The position numbers and the translations under genes are program-made. The notes below the pieces were generated by a model. It was not told the DNA's origin. It worked only from the letters and a program-made list of their open reading frames with translations, and ran no database searches. From contig OZ316893.1 of NCBI GenBank assembly GCA_973895155.1, forward strand, positions 12,850,359 to 12,914,358: a stretch of 64,000 nucleotides of DNA, given 5' to 3'. This stretch comes from Marsupella aquatica. Lineage: Eukaryota; Plantae; Marchantiophyta. Below, piece after piece: positions 13,301-25,900 of this stretch (position 1 is the first letter of the stretch; each line of letters starts with the position of its first letter).

Positions 13301-15390
13301 GAAGAAATCCAGGTCATAGTTTTGGCATCAACCCAACTTAAGAAGATTGCAACATTACAAAATGGCAGTGTTAATTCAGCTGGATTTGAAAGTATTGACC
13401 TGAGAGCATTTTCAACATGCTCTGAAGACTTTTTTGGGGTGAAGATAGGTGTTGGACTACAGTTTGTCATGGATGAATTGACATTTCTTTGCCTCTCTTC
13501 CACTTCTTTTAATTGCATGTCCAGCTTTTGAATGAGATCCAATCTACAAGCAGAGCACGGTTAAGGAATAAGTTGAGCTTTTACCTATGTTGGTAGTTTT
13601 CTTTACTGGAATAGGCCAATTTGTACAATTGGGCATTGAAAGTTTCATAAAATGGACATCTTCATGCTTTTGAGCAATTTTTAGCTGTCTATCACTTTTT
13701 GCAATATGTCAAATTCCCAAGAACACAAGCAGAAGTTTCAGAACAGTTCCAAGAAGTTTAGCTACTAACTAGACTACAGCTTCCCTATATTTTCTTGCTC
13801 TCGTTAGAAAAACACATTCGTTGATGACATGACTGGTTGACTCACCCTTTTGCAATGTCCATGTCATCTTTATGAGGCTCCTGATGACACAAGAACATTA
13901 ACCTTGTTATATTGATACAACTTAGTTCTTAAGATATTAGGATCATAGGTAATTCCTGACCATTCTGTCTAAAGGACAAATCAATCAATCAGATTTCTGC
14001 CTTTCTCCACTGGAATCGGCGGCAAGTGACCATAAAAATTATCAAAATGGGTCAACTTGAAGTGACCTCAAAGCAAGGTGGAGCAACTTTGAAAGTTATG
14101 TATCTGTATTATTTAGGCCATTTTGACTAAGTAAATTGTAAAGGGCCAAACTGAACTTGTTACGGCAGCTATCCTTAACTTTTTACGAGGGTGTGATCAG
14201 AAATTGTATGTCATAGTGAATTTGACTCTATACAGTTCCACGTCAAGAAGTACAAATGAATTCTTTGATCACCATTGGATCAACTTCAATGTCAATGAAA
14301 ATTAATGTCCCACATGGTTGCTTATTACCTCTGATAGTTGCGAATCATTGGCAATCCGTGCACAACTATTTTGCTTTAGTTGCTCAATAAATGTTTCACC
14401 ATGATTGTCACCCATATTTTATAAATGCTTCCGTTGGCTGATCTATCAGTAATTTGCGAAGGTCTTCCTAATGCGTTTTTGGTGCAATGTCCTTACAAGA
14501 AATTTCCAGTTAAGATCTATGTTTTAAATGCGAGCTGCCAACGCATCCACAGGCTAATTAATTAATTGGTACAATGCCCTTTCCCCGCTCTCCCTTAAAT
14601 AGTTTGCAAGAGTTGGAAGTTCTCATAGTAAGCTCCTTATGTCTTAGATACGGTTTAGGTGGAGAATATTTCAGCAACTTCTTTGAACTCTTTCCCATGT
14701 ACTTATTTACACATCCTGAGTCTTCTACTGTCCTTCCTTTGGGTTTGCAACTAATCCAAAACTGTTTACTATTGTAGCACTGTTTGCCACTTGCATATTC
14801 TCCTAATTGCTTATAAATCGCAACCACTTGCATATAATTCCAAGTGTATAGACCCTAACTCTCAATAAGGACAAAACAAAAGAAAAAAAAAAACAGTGAA
14901 GAAAAAACAGAGTTGGGGCAAAAATGAACTAGACATAATATGTAATCATTTTTATTGCAGGATCCGTTATTGTCTTGGTCTCTTCTTATGTTCAAGGTAC
15001 TGAGGGGGCAATAATCAAATTAGGGGTGGGGGTGAAAAATGGGGATGGGGGTGGAGTAGTGTGGGGAGTGGTGCATTGCATTTGAAAATAGTGGCCGCCT
15101 GTGAAGAAGTCAGCTGTTGTCATCAACAGTCACAGTTCTTCTTCAATTATTTGAAGAAGCTTTGGTCAGCTGCTGTCAGATTGAGGGTTGACAGGTTTTT
15201 ATCCTCATCTCTATTCACATTCAAAGCATGGGTGGGTAATCGGGCTACTATTTACTGTTGTGGATTGAGGGTCAGGCACATCAAAACCAAGAGTGAGCCT
15301 AAGCAAGACCAAAGAAAGATCCAAGGACATTGACTAGATTCCCCACTACTCTCCCCTTTCTCCAGAGATATGCTTAGTAGACCCCCTTCT

Positions 15391-15533
15391 GGAAAAAGTT
15401 TGCTTAATCAACCCCTCTATACTTTTCTCCAATCTGGACCGTTGAATGACCTTTCGATCTCAGATCTGGACCGTTGATAGACCTTGATCAAGTAACAAAT
15501 TTCATTTTGGGGGTTGATCAAGCAAATACCTCC
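15391..15533. mobile_element. MITE-like element related to 3759-3919
   Basis: TTTGCTTAATCAACCCC / GGGGGTTGATCAAGCAAA terminal inverted repeats. Shares the TTTGCTT(G/A)AT terminus and the TTCATTTTGG motif with the 3.8-kb MITE. Confidence 0.5.
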
Positions 15534-16599
15534 CCTTTTCTTTGATAATTTCTAAAAGCCCTTGATGCCAAGGTTCTGCCTATGAGTGTGTAGGCTGCAC
15601 CCATGATGTAGGATTTACATTTTGTTGGCACTTACTGATATGATTGAGCTGCTTCTTGTCAAATATCATTGGGACAATCATTCAATTGCTTTTAGCATAA
15701 TTAGTTGGTGGACCCGTGAATGCCCTATAATTTTAAGGAAACTATGTTACATGTAAATGTGTCATGTGTAACTAACATATTAGTTTCCTCTCTTTTTCTT
15801 CCGAGAGTATCAATTAAAATGTGCCAACAAAGAATATTCTCATAGAGCTGAAACATGTGCCTAAAACAATAACTTGACTGTGCTCATTGTGAAGAATGCC
15901 ACAATTTTGGAAAAGTCAATGGTTGTGGAAGAGGTTTGTCAACCATGACCCCTCAACGTATGAACTAGAATGAGTTTGTGTACTCCCTACTTCTATATGA
16001 TCGATTTAAACTAGTCAGGAAGACTGACATAGTCTCCGGTTTCTGCATACACAAAAAACTCCGACATTCACATAAAAAATTCTCATATTAGTCTTAAACT
16101 AGCCCAATGCCAAATGATGTGTTGCACAAAAGTTGTCAAGGTAAGAAAAGATGTCGAGGAAAGAAATAATACCGAAGTGAGCAAAAGATGTCAAGGAGAG
16201 GAAAAGATGTGGAGAGAAACCCCAACCTATTGCGCCCAATTGCCCCATGGCCCTCGCCTGGACCTGACATCCCAGGGTGAAATGAAATCTGACATGAAAT
16301 GGGCCCCATCCCCAACCCTAAGTGAAATTCTTTCCCTGGATATCAACTCCCTAAACAAGCCCTTGGTTGCCATGATCATCTGCCACCTGATTTAACCTTA
16401 AAGGCGCATGGGTTGGGGGCCAAAATATCGGGACCAAATGTGGCCCGGGGGTCACAGGTCCCCAGAAGTATATATGAGGGGACCACCTCCTCTTAAACAT
16501 CCAGTGTTGAAAAGTTACACAAACCACGCCACCCCCCCAAGGGGGAATGGCGTTGGCAAGTAAGGAGCCGAGTAAACATGGATGAGGTTACCAAAGGGA

Positions 16600-17020
16600 T
16601 TCCATGCGAGGGGTAGGGAATTTGTGCCACTGAAAAGTTGGCCAAGCCGTGCCATTGCCCCAAGGGAGCTTGACTTTGGGGCAGCCAAAGCCAAGTAAGT
16701 GGTCGCAGCGACTTTAAGTTAATCGCTTAAAGTAACCACAACTTTGGGGTTACCAGGGGTTTGGGGATGCAAGGGGTAGGAAAAAGGCCTGTTGAAAAGT
16801 CGGTCTAGCCGTGTCGTTGCCTCAAGGGGTCTTGGCATTGGGGCAGCCAAAGCCGAGTAAGTGGCCGCGGCGACTTCAAGTCACCAAACTTTGGGGTCAT
16901 CTATGGGCCGGGGCCAGTTCCTGGATGCAAAGAGTGACAAAACATTTTGTTGAAAAGTTGGCCAAGCTGTGTCGTTGCCCCAAGGGGTCTTGGCATGGGG
17001 CGGCCAAAGCCAAGTAAGCA
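16600..17020. repeat. Degenerate ~160-bp tandem repeat, 3 copies
   Basis: GAAAAGTTGGCCAAGC...TTGCCCCAAGGG...GGGGCAGCCAAAGCCAAGTAAG recurs near 16632-16700, 16794-16862 and 16952-17018. Confidence 0.65.
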
Positions 17021-17639
17021 AATATGGGTTTAGGGCCGTGTACGAGGCACAACTCCTAGAAGCAGGAGGAACGTCGCCAAGGTTGGGTGGGTGGGATCCT
17101 TATAGGATGTATCCTTGACGGATATTGCCTCCTTCTCATATCTCATGTCTCTTGCGATGGTGTACTCCAATAGGTGTTCAACTTACTTAGGGTTGTCAAG
17201 CTTAGAATTGGGCATGCAAATTCAAATGACTAACAATTTATATTTGCATTTGATGTAGACAACGGACTATGGACAGGACTATGGAGTAATTAGGGGTTTC
17301 TTTTGCTGAGGGTACTGCTGCCAACGTGCCTCCTCCCGACCAGGTATTGGGCTCAGCGTGAGAGGTACACCAAAAACAAAGACGCCATTAATGAAAGGCG
17401 TTGGGAGAGGCGAGCGCAGGGTCGTCAACAACAAATGGGGTGCTTGGAAATAATGGAGGGGCTGCAGGGACTCCAATTGATGGGGTTTGGGCAGAAGCAA
17501 GCACTCAATTACCAAACTTGGTTGTGCGTGCCAACAGTGGAAGACAACTTTGTCGTGAGGCTTGGGGCAAGCATTGGAAAGACCCCATACCATTGCCAAA
17601 AGTATTGTTGGTGATCTGAGCACATCGGTCTTTCAACCC

Positions 17640-17960
17640 ATGGTTCCCCATCACTCACTTGTATTCAATGAAGGATGGCTCGTTAAAGGTGCTTTGGATG
17701 AAAATGAGATTCACCATTCTCCATGGAGTTAGCCTCCAACATGTCCTATGAGGCAGTATCACATATATGTTCAGCAGGAACCTTGCCTCAATGATGAGGA
17801 GTGGCTTATCACAGGGGCGCTAGATGATGGGGGGATTGATTGTACTCCGCAGGAACCGGTGCACTCTCACACTCTAGCTCATTTGTTTGATGAGGAGTGG
17901 CTCATCAATGGGGCAATGGATGACGGGTTTGATCAACATGTTGTGGAAGAATTATATGAC
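17640..17960. repeat. Degenerate ~110-120-bp tandem repeat, 3 copies
   Basis: ATGA(A/G)G(G)A(G)TGGCT...GGGGC...GATGA recurs at ~17668, ~17793 and ~17890. Confidence 0.5.
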
Positions 17961-20719
17961 ACCTTTGATTACTTGAAGATTATTTTGGGTTATCAACACC
18001 AATCAATACCAACAATACACGACCAATCCCGTTCAATGCAATCACACATAGATTTCAAGCCACACATAGATTTCAAGCCAAATTAATGCACCATGCGCTT
18101 CAAGGAATACACGATGCATCCACAACCTGACCAGCCACACCAAAGTTTGTGCTCAAAAGGATCAACATTGAAGATGGTTTTTGAGCCACCACAACCGGAG
18201 AACTATCTCAAAAACATGTGTTAAGCCCTAAAATGCTCAAATAACACACATACAAAAGTTGCCAAACCTAAACAACATGATACACTATCCAACCACTTAG
18301 AATAGTGTGACAGTGTAAACAAAGTTGCAGCTGCCACATTTGGGCCTACAAGCTGACATACAATGGGGTTGCAATGGCAACTTGGGAACTAAGGAGTCTC
18401 ACTGGAGGAAGGGCTAATGTGGGAGGGCAGTAAGTTTTGGACAATAAGTGCACCAATTATGTAAGTTGCTTGTTGCAGTCTCATGCATGAGTAGCAGACA
18501 TTTACACATGACTGTCAATTCAGCAATTGCTCTTAAAGTCCTAGATTCCCAAAATCATGTTGTAGAGGACTGCCAAGATTTGTATAGCGCCATCCAGAAT
18601 GGGCCCACTGGACTTGCCATACATATATGGACACGAACACAACTTAGATTTACTTCTCAAAATTTGTCACGGATAGTTAAAGTAGTGAAGGATTGGAGTA
18701 GAAGGGACCTTAATCAATGGGCCTGCATCTTACTATAAAAGCTCGAAGGAAGTCTACTGTTAAGGGCCTAGAGTGAAGCCTCTAGACAGTAAACCCTAGT
18801 ACAGTCAAAAGTAATCATGAATCTCAATTAAAAATATTTAAAATGAATATTAACTAAACAGCATAGAAATATTATTTTGCAAGATTTCTTTTCTTCATAT
18901 CTGTTTACAAGTAACTGGTAATCGGGCTTTACAAGTAACGGGTAATAGGGGCTAGTGGACTAAAGATGACGAGCACCAAGGGTCACAGACTATTTGACGT
19001 CTATGGGCTCTTGCAATCCATTGATGAAAGATGCATTGGTCAGCTACATGCATGCGTCTTACAGGGACAGGATGATTTGTTTCGCTGTTGCAGAGTTAGC
19101 TTGTAACGTTGCATTCAGTCATGTCTTACCCCGGAGCTACTTGATTGTCGTTGCAAGGTGAAGACCTACTCGAGGACCGACTAAACTCGCGCGGTCAATT
19201 AGGGGCATCCTGGCCAAATAAATGTATTTCATAGTCCGACAACATCATAGGTAATCCTCATCTACTTCATTTTTCCCCTTGGAGGCTATAGAAAAATAAG
19301 CTCTGTCCTTCACTTCAATTTGACAGAAGAGCTCCTGACTGTACTCCTACAATTAAGATGTATATGTCACCCAAATTTGAGTCCAGAAAAGGGTTTGAGA
19401 TTACAAACATTTGGATTGTTGAAAACTTCGTAATTGCTGCGAGAATTGCTGTGGATGCCAACAGAAAAGCTTAGTACATGCTGTGGATGCTCAACATGAG
19501 GCAACATGAGAGTCGGTAGGTCGGAATGACATTTGCTCCAAATTAAGGGACAGTCAGTGGAAAGGCCACCACAAAACTCAATCTCACTTGACCAAAAAAC
19601 GCCAAATGATATGGCTCATTGGAGTGTCTTGATCTTTCTTATTATGTACCGCTTTTCTCTAAGTTTCCCCTTCTTCGTGCTTCTGAAAAGCCTCGATTGG
19701 TGACCCGAACTGAGCTTTCTAGCTGGGTGAATTGTGAGCGAGACTGACCGGCAATCATTAGCTAAGCCACTGTCCAGGAAGATTGAAAAGAAATTTTCAT
19801 AGAAGATATAACATTTATTCCGGTGACTACGGAACGTGATCGAGTGGCATGCGAGTATGCTTGGTAAACCAGGGAGTGCAGTATGGACCAGGCTCGATCA
19901 GTAACGTCCCCACGCAGAATGCAGGGACTTCAATCCTAACGAGACCCTCAACTATTCAGAGCCCTGCTTCGATCTCTTTCGTTCTTGAAGTGTAAGCAGT
20001 CTAGTTACGGTTATTTCAGATAAGTTTCCTCGAGACTGTGACTGAATGTGCAATTTGTTTTTGTCATCCTCAGCTGTAGAGAAAACGTGCCTTGTCTATG
20101 TTTTATCGAAGCCGTCTGGAGACATGGGAATGAAAATGAGGCCTTGCAAACAGACATGTGAATGTTAACGAGACTTAGGGGACGCCATTTGCCCGCTTTA
20201 CCAAGACAGATTTTGCACTTCGCGTCTCATCCTCTGCTAATATGGTCTAACCATACTATTCATTGCTATGCTAGTGCATAGTGAGCTGCTGATCAGCATT
20301 TTGAAATCGATTACTTAGTTTATACGTCGAATTTTATGTTTTAACTTGTGGGGATGTCGCAAGACGGTGGCGAGCACGAAGGGACAAAATTGTCAAGCTG
20401 TAGAGCACATGGGTTTCGCCGATCTACGCAAGGCGAGCACGCGAGGTCCAGCGCCTCACTCGTGCGCTCCACACGCCAATATAAAACGAAAATATACCTG
20501 CAGATAGAATCAATGAATCATAGACTCATAGTGGAAACCGCGACAGTCGACTGTCGACAGAAGCAAACAGTAACGAAGCTATGGTTGCCGTCCATGTCTG
20601 CACATTGATAGCTCGCCAGTGGACAACATCAGTGATCAGTGTGTGCGGGCGGAGTGTGGCTGGCGCAGGGAGCCTTGTGCTCGTCTTGTGCTCGCACCAT
20701 GTCTCGACCCTGGACAACC

Positions 20720-21020
20720 TGTTGATAAAACTATCTAGCATGACTAAGATACCGGAACAGCCAACGGGAAGCACATAAGTACTCGGGGAAAGGGCAAGGA
20801 GTGCAGGGGGCGACAAAGAGGCGCCGCATAGTAGAAGAGCCCAAGAGAAGGGGCGAAAGCATCAGATGGATGCAACCTAGATCTAAAGGTAAGCAGCAAG
20901 GGACAGAAGACGACAACGAACAGAAAGTGGGCCCGTATACTGAAGGGGAAAACAAGGTACTGAAGATCGGCCCGTATACTGAAGGGGAAAACAAGGTACT
21001 GAAGATCGTAGTTTCCAACA
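20720..21020 (-). repeat. 3' LTR of copia element (301 bp)
   Basis: TGTTGATAAAA...GTTTCCAACA; identical by eye to 25600-25900; contains a 41-bp internal tandem duplication. Confidence 0.97.
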
Positions 21021-21028
21021 CCCCCTCT
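21021..21028 (-). other. Polypurine tract (AGAGGGGG)
   Basis: CCCCCTCT on the plus strand directly abuts the 3' LTR. Confidence 0.85.
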
Positions 21029-21134
21029 CGATCTGAAGCCGCAGAAAACAAACGGGAGAGAGAGAGATGATGCAGGTCAGCGAGAGTACCACTGTAGGTA
21101 TAGTGCGGGAGTGCAGTGTACACATATGATGAAC

Positions 21135-24100
21135 CTAGATGAGAAGAGAGGACCTAGACCGAATGCCAAGGAAATCTCGATGCTTTTCAAAAATTTGCCG
21201 ACAGACTTGTTTGGTGAAAATGTCAGCATGTTGGTCATCGGTGTTGATGTATTGTAAAGAGACTTCGCCTTCAAGAATCCTTTCACGTACAAAGTGGTGT
21301 TTGGCCTCAATGTGTTTGGTGCGAGCATGGAAGATCGGATTCAGAGCAAGTCGAATAGATCCTTGGTTATCGCAGTGTAAGTGTAGATCGTGAGAAGTAG
21401 GGATTGCAGCTTCGTGTAGGTCCTTGTGGATGGTGGCATTGTCGCATTGAACAGGAACGGTGACGTTGGAGGTATGTTGGAGCTCGCGAAGTAATCGACG
21501 TAGGTACACAGCTTCCTTAGTAGCCTCAGAGAGGGCCTTGTACTCAGCTTCGGTGGTGCTGTCCGAAATTGTGGGTTGTCGTTTGCTAGCCCAGGAGATA
21601 GGCCCAGAAGCCAGGGTGAAGACATAGCCAGCAGTAGAGCGCCGAGTATCGAGGCATCCAAGGTAGTCCGCATCAGTATATCCTGTGAGAAGAAGCTGAG
21701 AGGAGCGTTTGTAGTGGATCCCATAGTCAAGTGTCTTCTTAACGTACCGAAGGATGTGCTTGGCAGCTTCCAAGTGCTGCAAGTGAGGTTGAGACATAAA
21801 ACGAGCCACCATACCAACTGAGTAGGATAGATCCGGTCGAGTGGTCGTAAGGAAGAGTAGTTTACCCACAAGGGTGCAATACTCTGAGCGGTCAACGGGA
21901 GCCGTGTTAGAGTTAGATTGAGTGGCGAATCCTTCTGGTAGAGGCGTGTGGGCAGGCCTGCATTCAGTCATATTGTAATCACGAAGAATCTGTTCGGCAT
22001 AGGTGTGCTGGTGAAGAAGCATACCGTTTGCAGTCTTGGTGAACTCCACACCGAGATATTTGCGGATTTCACCAAGATCCTTCATTTCGTACCGATTCTG
22101 AAGATTGAGCTTGATAGTGTCGATGAGTGCCAAATCATTGCCGGTAATAAGAAGGTCGTCCACGTAAAGGAGTAAGAGTACAATAGAGGACCCCTGAAAT
22201 AAGTAATACAGGTTGGGGTCAGCATCGCTCCGAGTCCAACCTTGTTCGTGAAGGTACTTATCAATCTCTTGATACCATTCACGGGGGGATTGCTTCAGTC
22301 CATAGATGGATTTGTTGAGCCGGCAAACAAGGTGCTCCAATCCTTTACGAGCAAAGCCAGGCGGTTGTTGCATGAAAAGGAGCTCTTTAAGAGTCCCGTT
22401 AAGGAATGCAGTAACAACGTCCATATGACTGATAGGCCAACCAGATGCAACAGCAAGAGCGATAACAGCACGAAGAGTTGACCAGCGAACGACGGGTGCA
22501 AAAGTGTCATTATAATCTATGCCAGGTTGCTGTTCAAGACCCCTAGCAACAAGACGAGCTTTAAGACGTGCGCGCGTTGGATTATCGGCGTCATGGATAG
22601 GTTTAGATTTGTACAGCCATTTTGATGAAATTGCACGTCTCCCCGGGGGTAACTCCACAAGGTCCCATGTCTCATTTTTAATCAAGCTGTCATATTCTTC
22701 CTGCATAGCACTGCACCAGCCAGGGTCTTGTATAGCATCACGGAAGGCAATAGTGTCACTAACAGGGTTAGCGGTTTCGATAATGCATAAGTCTACATCC
22801 TCCGGGATATGCATTTCATAGTCCCCACTACGAGCCCAGGCTGGAAGCTGCCTGGCCCTTGACCCGCGGCGTTTTGGTAGCGGATTAATCTGAACATTTG
22901 GAGCAAGGGTGGAGTTACAGGGCAGAGGAGGAGCCTCGTCGATGGTGGGGTCGACGTTGTGGACATGAGTCCCACCGTGATTGCCAAGGTCAGCAACGTC
23001 CTTGATGGTGTTGTCATTGGGGAGCTGGGTCCCATCAAGATTGCTAGGGGCATCGTGAGCAGCATGGTCAAGAACATGATGTTCGTCCCCTTCTGGCTCA
23101 GAAGGAGCCTCAGTTGCCGGGAGAAGGTCAAGAAAAATGTCTGACTGGGCAGGAGGAGCACGAAAATCTCCAGGGGAGTCTTCAATAAAGGTGACATTGG
23201 AGGAGATAAGGATCCGACGAGAGAGGGGGTCAAAACAGCGGTAGCCTTTGGTGTTGAGGTCATAACCAATGAAGACAGAAGGGATAGCTCGCGAGCCAAA
23301 TTTCCCATCGGACTTAGTAGGGAGGCGAACAAAAGCTGAGCAGCCAAGGACACGGAGGTGAGAGAGATCAGGCTTCATACCATAGAGAGCCTCAAAGGGC
23401 GTCGAGAGATGAAGGGCCCGAGTGGAACATCGATTGAGAACATAGGTGGCAGCTTTGACTGCCTCAGGCCAGAGGAAGCGAGGATATTTACCCTCAACAT
23501 ATATACTCCTGGCGGCCTCAAGTAAAGTGCGATTTTTGCGTTCAGCTACCCCATTTTGGTGGGGGGTACTAGGGGCAGTCAGTTGACGGCGAATCCCGTG
23601 GTGGCTGCAGAACTCAATAAATTCTTGGGACAAGTATTCGCCACCTCGATCAGAGCGTAAACAGGAGAGCTTGGTGCCAAATTGATTTTCGGCAGCAGTT
23701 TTGAACGTCTTGAAGCAGCGGAAAGTCTCATGTTTGTGAGAGAGATAATAGACCCACGTAAAACGGGTAAAATCGTCGATGAAGGTCAAGATGTACTTGA
23801 CGGGGGAGCTGGAGTGGATGGGTCCGCAAAGATCAGAATGCACCAGATCCAAAACACGTGATGTGCGTCGAATGGAGTGCTTGGGGACATTGTCACGATG
23901 AGTTTTGCCGAGGATACATGACGTACATTGCTTTTTCTGAAAGGAGAGCAAGGGAACACCAGTAACGAGGTGTCGGGCAGTCATGTGATGTGCAGTTTGA
24001 AAGTTGAGATGAGCCAGACGCCGGTGCCATAAGTCGACAATGTCAGTCTCCACATTGGTGATGGTATTCGCTTCATGTGTCAAACAAGGCGGAGGATAAG

Positions 24101-25469
24101 AGCCGGAGGACGACAGTTGATACAAACTGTTCCGCGGTGATCGAGATGCCTGGAGAAAGACGGATGATGGGTTGTCTTTGTCAAACACTAAGCAAGACTT
24201 AGAGTCAAACAAAATAAGATGACCAGCATCGGCAAGTTTGCCCACAGACATAAGATTTTTGTGAACACCAGGCACGTAAAGAACATTGTTGATAGCTTTA
24301 TTGTCAACATGAGCAGTGCCATTGCCAGCAATGGGCAAAGTGTTACCGCTAGCAGTGGTTACACCAGGACCAGAAGGGCCAGCCTGCTGGAAAGTCTCTA
24401 ATGTTGAGCGATGTCCAGTGATGTGATTGCTAGCACCGGAGTCCATGTACCAATCTTGAGAGGTGTTTCTGAATTCGGTAAGGTTGGCAGCAATCTCTTC
24501 CTCGTGCATCTCTGGAAATGGATCAAAATCCTCAGGGTCTGGAGTGAACTCCGTGAGGTGTGCCTGGGGTTTGATTCGACGAAGGTTCCCTGCACGAATC
24601 ATCAGCTGGGAGATTTGATCATCCAGCTTCTTCAGGTCGCACTCAACTTCCCAATGGCCAGATTTGCTGCAGTAGTTGCACGAGCCAGTCGTGCGACGTG
24701 GAGCAGGAGCAGGCGGGTGACAGCGGTTGTCAGCAATGGATCCACGGTAGTCCCCTGGGCGAGAGGGTCGGTGAGAGACACGGCCTCTGACAGCAGGTCG
24801 AGAAAAGCGAGCGAGAAGGGCTTCTTCAGCAACTTCCTCTCGTTTCCCTTTCCTCCAGAAAGCCTCAGCCTGCATACGTTCCACAAGGGAGGAGAACTTG
24901 GGTGTATGGGTTCTAGATAAATCAGCGCCAAAGCTGGATACAAAGGGACCCCAGCTATGTGGTAACCCGCCTAGAACAATGTGAATGAGACGGGAGTTGT
25001 CAACAGTGGCATTAATCGTGGAGAGTTGGGAAGTGATGCTTTCTACTTCCCTGAGGTAGTCTTCGATGTTACTGCCTTCAGTCATCTTGACTTTATGCAG
25101 CTTCTGTTCGAGGAGAAGTCTGCGTTGGAGAAGGTCACCTCGAAAGCGCTGCTTGAAGTGCTGCCAGCAGGCAACAGGATCGTTGCCATATGAAGCAACG
25201 ACATGGAGGAACTTGGTCTTGACGGTGGCCATCAGAATGGACTTGGCCTTGATGATCTTCTTCTTGCGTTCCTTGGGAGTGAGGACAATCTCATCCTCTA
25301 CTGTAGCAACGTTGGTTGTGTCAGTGTTGTCGCTGTCTTCGTCAGCGAACTTCAGTTCATCCCATACCTCGTCTCGCTCGAGCAGGGTCTGGACTTGTAA
25401 GCTCCACGTGATGTGGTTGCTTTCTCCATCTAGCTTGTCAGCTTCACTGAATATTCTAGCTAGGTCCAT
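21135..25469 (-). CDS. Copia gag-pol polyprotein (1444 aa)
   Basis: Gag, zinc knuckle CNYCSKSGHWEVEC, protease WYMDSGAS, GAG-pre-integrase WHRRLAH, integrase HSDLCGP/RSDRGGEY/NGVAERKNR, RT YVDD and RNase H. PR-IN-RT-RH order is diagnostic for copia. Confidence 0.97.
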   Translation of the reverse strand: MDLARIFSEADKLDGESNHITWSLQVQTLLERDEVWDELKFADEDSDNTDTTNVATVEDEIVLTPKERKKKIIKAKSILMATVKTKFLHVVASYGNDPVACWQHFKQRFRGDLLQRRLLLEQKLHKVKMTEGSNIEDYLREVESITSQLSTINATVDNSRLIHIVLGGLPHSWGPFVSSFGADLSRTHTPKFSSLVERMQAEAFWRKGKREEVAEEALLARFSRPAVRGRVSHRPSRPGDYRGSIADNRCHPPAPAPRRTTGSCNYCSKSGHWEVECDLKKLDDQISQLMIRAGNLRRIKPQAHLTEFTPDPEDFDPFPEMHEEEIAANLTEFRNTSQDWYMDSGASNHITGHRSTLETFQQAGPSGPGVTTASGNTLPIAGNGTAHVDNKAINNVLYVPGVHKNLMSVGKLADAGHLILFDSKSCLVFDKDNPSSVFLQASRSPRNSLYQLSSSGSYPPPCLTHEANTITNVETDIVDLWHRRLAHLNFQTAHHMTARHLVTGVPLLSFQKKQCTSCILGKTHRDNVPKHSIRRTSRVLDLVHSDLCGPIHSSSPVKYILTFIDDFTRFTWVYYLSHKHETFRCFKTFKTAAENQFGTKLSCLRSDRGGEYLSQEFIEFCSHHGIRRQLTAPSTPHQNGVAERKNRTLLEAARSIYVEGKYPRFLWPEAVKAATYVLNRCSTRALHLSTPFEALYGMKPDLSHLRVLGCSAFVRLPTKSDGKFGSRAIPSVFIGYDLNTKGYRCFDPLSRRILISSNVTFIEDSPGDFRAPPAQSDIFLDLLPATEAPSEPEGDEHHVLDHAAHDAPSNLDGTQLPNDNTIKDVADLGNHGGTHVHNVDPTIDEAPPLPCNSTLAPNVQINPLPKRRGSRARQLPAWARSGDYEMHIPEDVDLCIIETANPVSDTIAFRDAIQDPGWCSAMQEEYDSLIKNETWDLVELPPGRRAISSKWLYKSKPIHDADNPTRARLKARLVARGLEQQPGIDYNDTFAPVVRWSTLRAVIALAVASGWPISHMDVVTAFLNGTLKELLFMQQPPGFARKGLEHLVCRLNKSIYGLKQSPREWYQEIDKYLHEQGWTRSDADPNLYYLFQGSSIVLLLLYVDDLLITGNDLALIDTIKLNLQNRYEMKDLGEIRKYLGVEFTKTANGMLLHQHTYAEQILRDYNMTECRPAHTPLPEGFATQSNSNTAPVDRSEYCTLVGKLLFLTTTRPDLSYSVGMVARFMSQPHLQHLEAAKHILRYVKKTLDYGIHYKRSSQLLLTGYTDADYLGCLDTRRSTAGYVFTLASGPISWASKRQPTISDSTTEAEYKALSEATKEAVYLRRLLRELQHTSNVTVPVQCDNATIHKDLHEAAIPTSHDLHLHCDNQGSIRLALNPIFHARTKHIEAKHHFVRERILEGEVSLQYINTDDQHADIFTKQVCRQIFEKHRDFLGIRSRSSLLI

Positions 25470-25587
25470 GGCTAGATCACGTTGGGAACTCTCACCAACT
25501 GAAATAGACGGAGGGACAGGTCGCTCAAACTCAGAGAACTCTCATCTAAGTGTAGCGTTGGATCTTAGTCATGGGAGAGCTAACCTT

Positions 25588-25599
25588 GCTCTGATACCA
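25588..25599 (-). other. Primer binding site, tRNA-iMet type (TGGTATCAGAGC)
   Basis: GCTCTGATACCA on the plus strand directly abuts the 5' LTR. Confidence 0.92.
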
Positions 25600-25900
25600 T
25601 GTTGATAAAACTATCTAGCATGACTAAGATACCGGAACAGCCAACGGGAAGCACATAAGTACTCGGGGAAAGGGCAAGGAGTGCAGGGGGCGACAAAGAG
25701 GCGCCGCATAGTAGAAGAGCCCAAGAGAAGGGGCGAAAGCATCAGATGGATGCAACCTAGATCTAAAGGTAAGCAGCAAGGGACAGAAGACGACAACGAA
25801 CAGAAAGTGGGCCCGTATACTGAAGGGGAAAACAAGGTACTGAAGATCGGCCCGTATACTGAAGGGGAAAACAAGGTACTGAAGATCGTAGTTTCCAACA
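25600..25900 (-). repeat. 5' LTR of copia element (301 bp)
   Basis: Same sequence as 20720-21020. Confidence 0.97.

Larger units (their letters stand above)
20720..25900 (-). mobile_element. Full-length Ty1/copia LTR retrotransposon
   Basis: Two TG...CA LTRs, 5-bp TSD CAACC (20715-20719 and 25901-25905), PBS, PPT and a single intact gag-pol ORF. Confidence 0.98.

Noticed and set aside
10900-15000. Minus-strand ORF fragments (11454-11750, 13069-13542, 14558-14833) as a gene or transposase
   Set aside because: They look like decayed coding sequence, but I recognised no diagnostic motif or termini, so I left them unassigned.
21139-25605. Plus-strand ORFs inside the copia element
   Set aside because: Antisense shadows of the gag-pol ORF with no recognisable domains.
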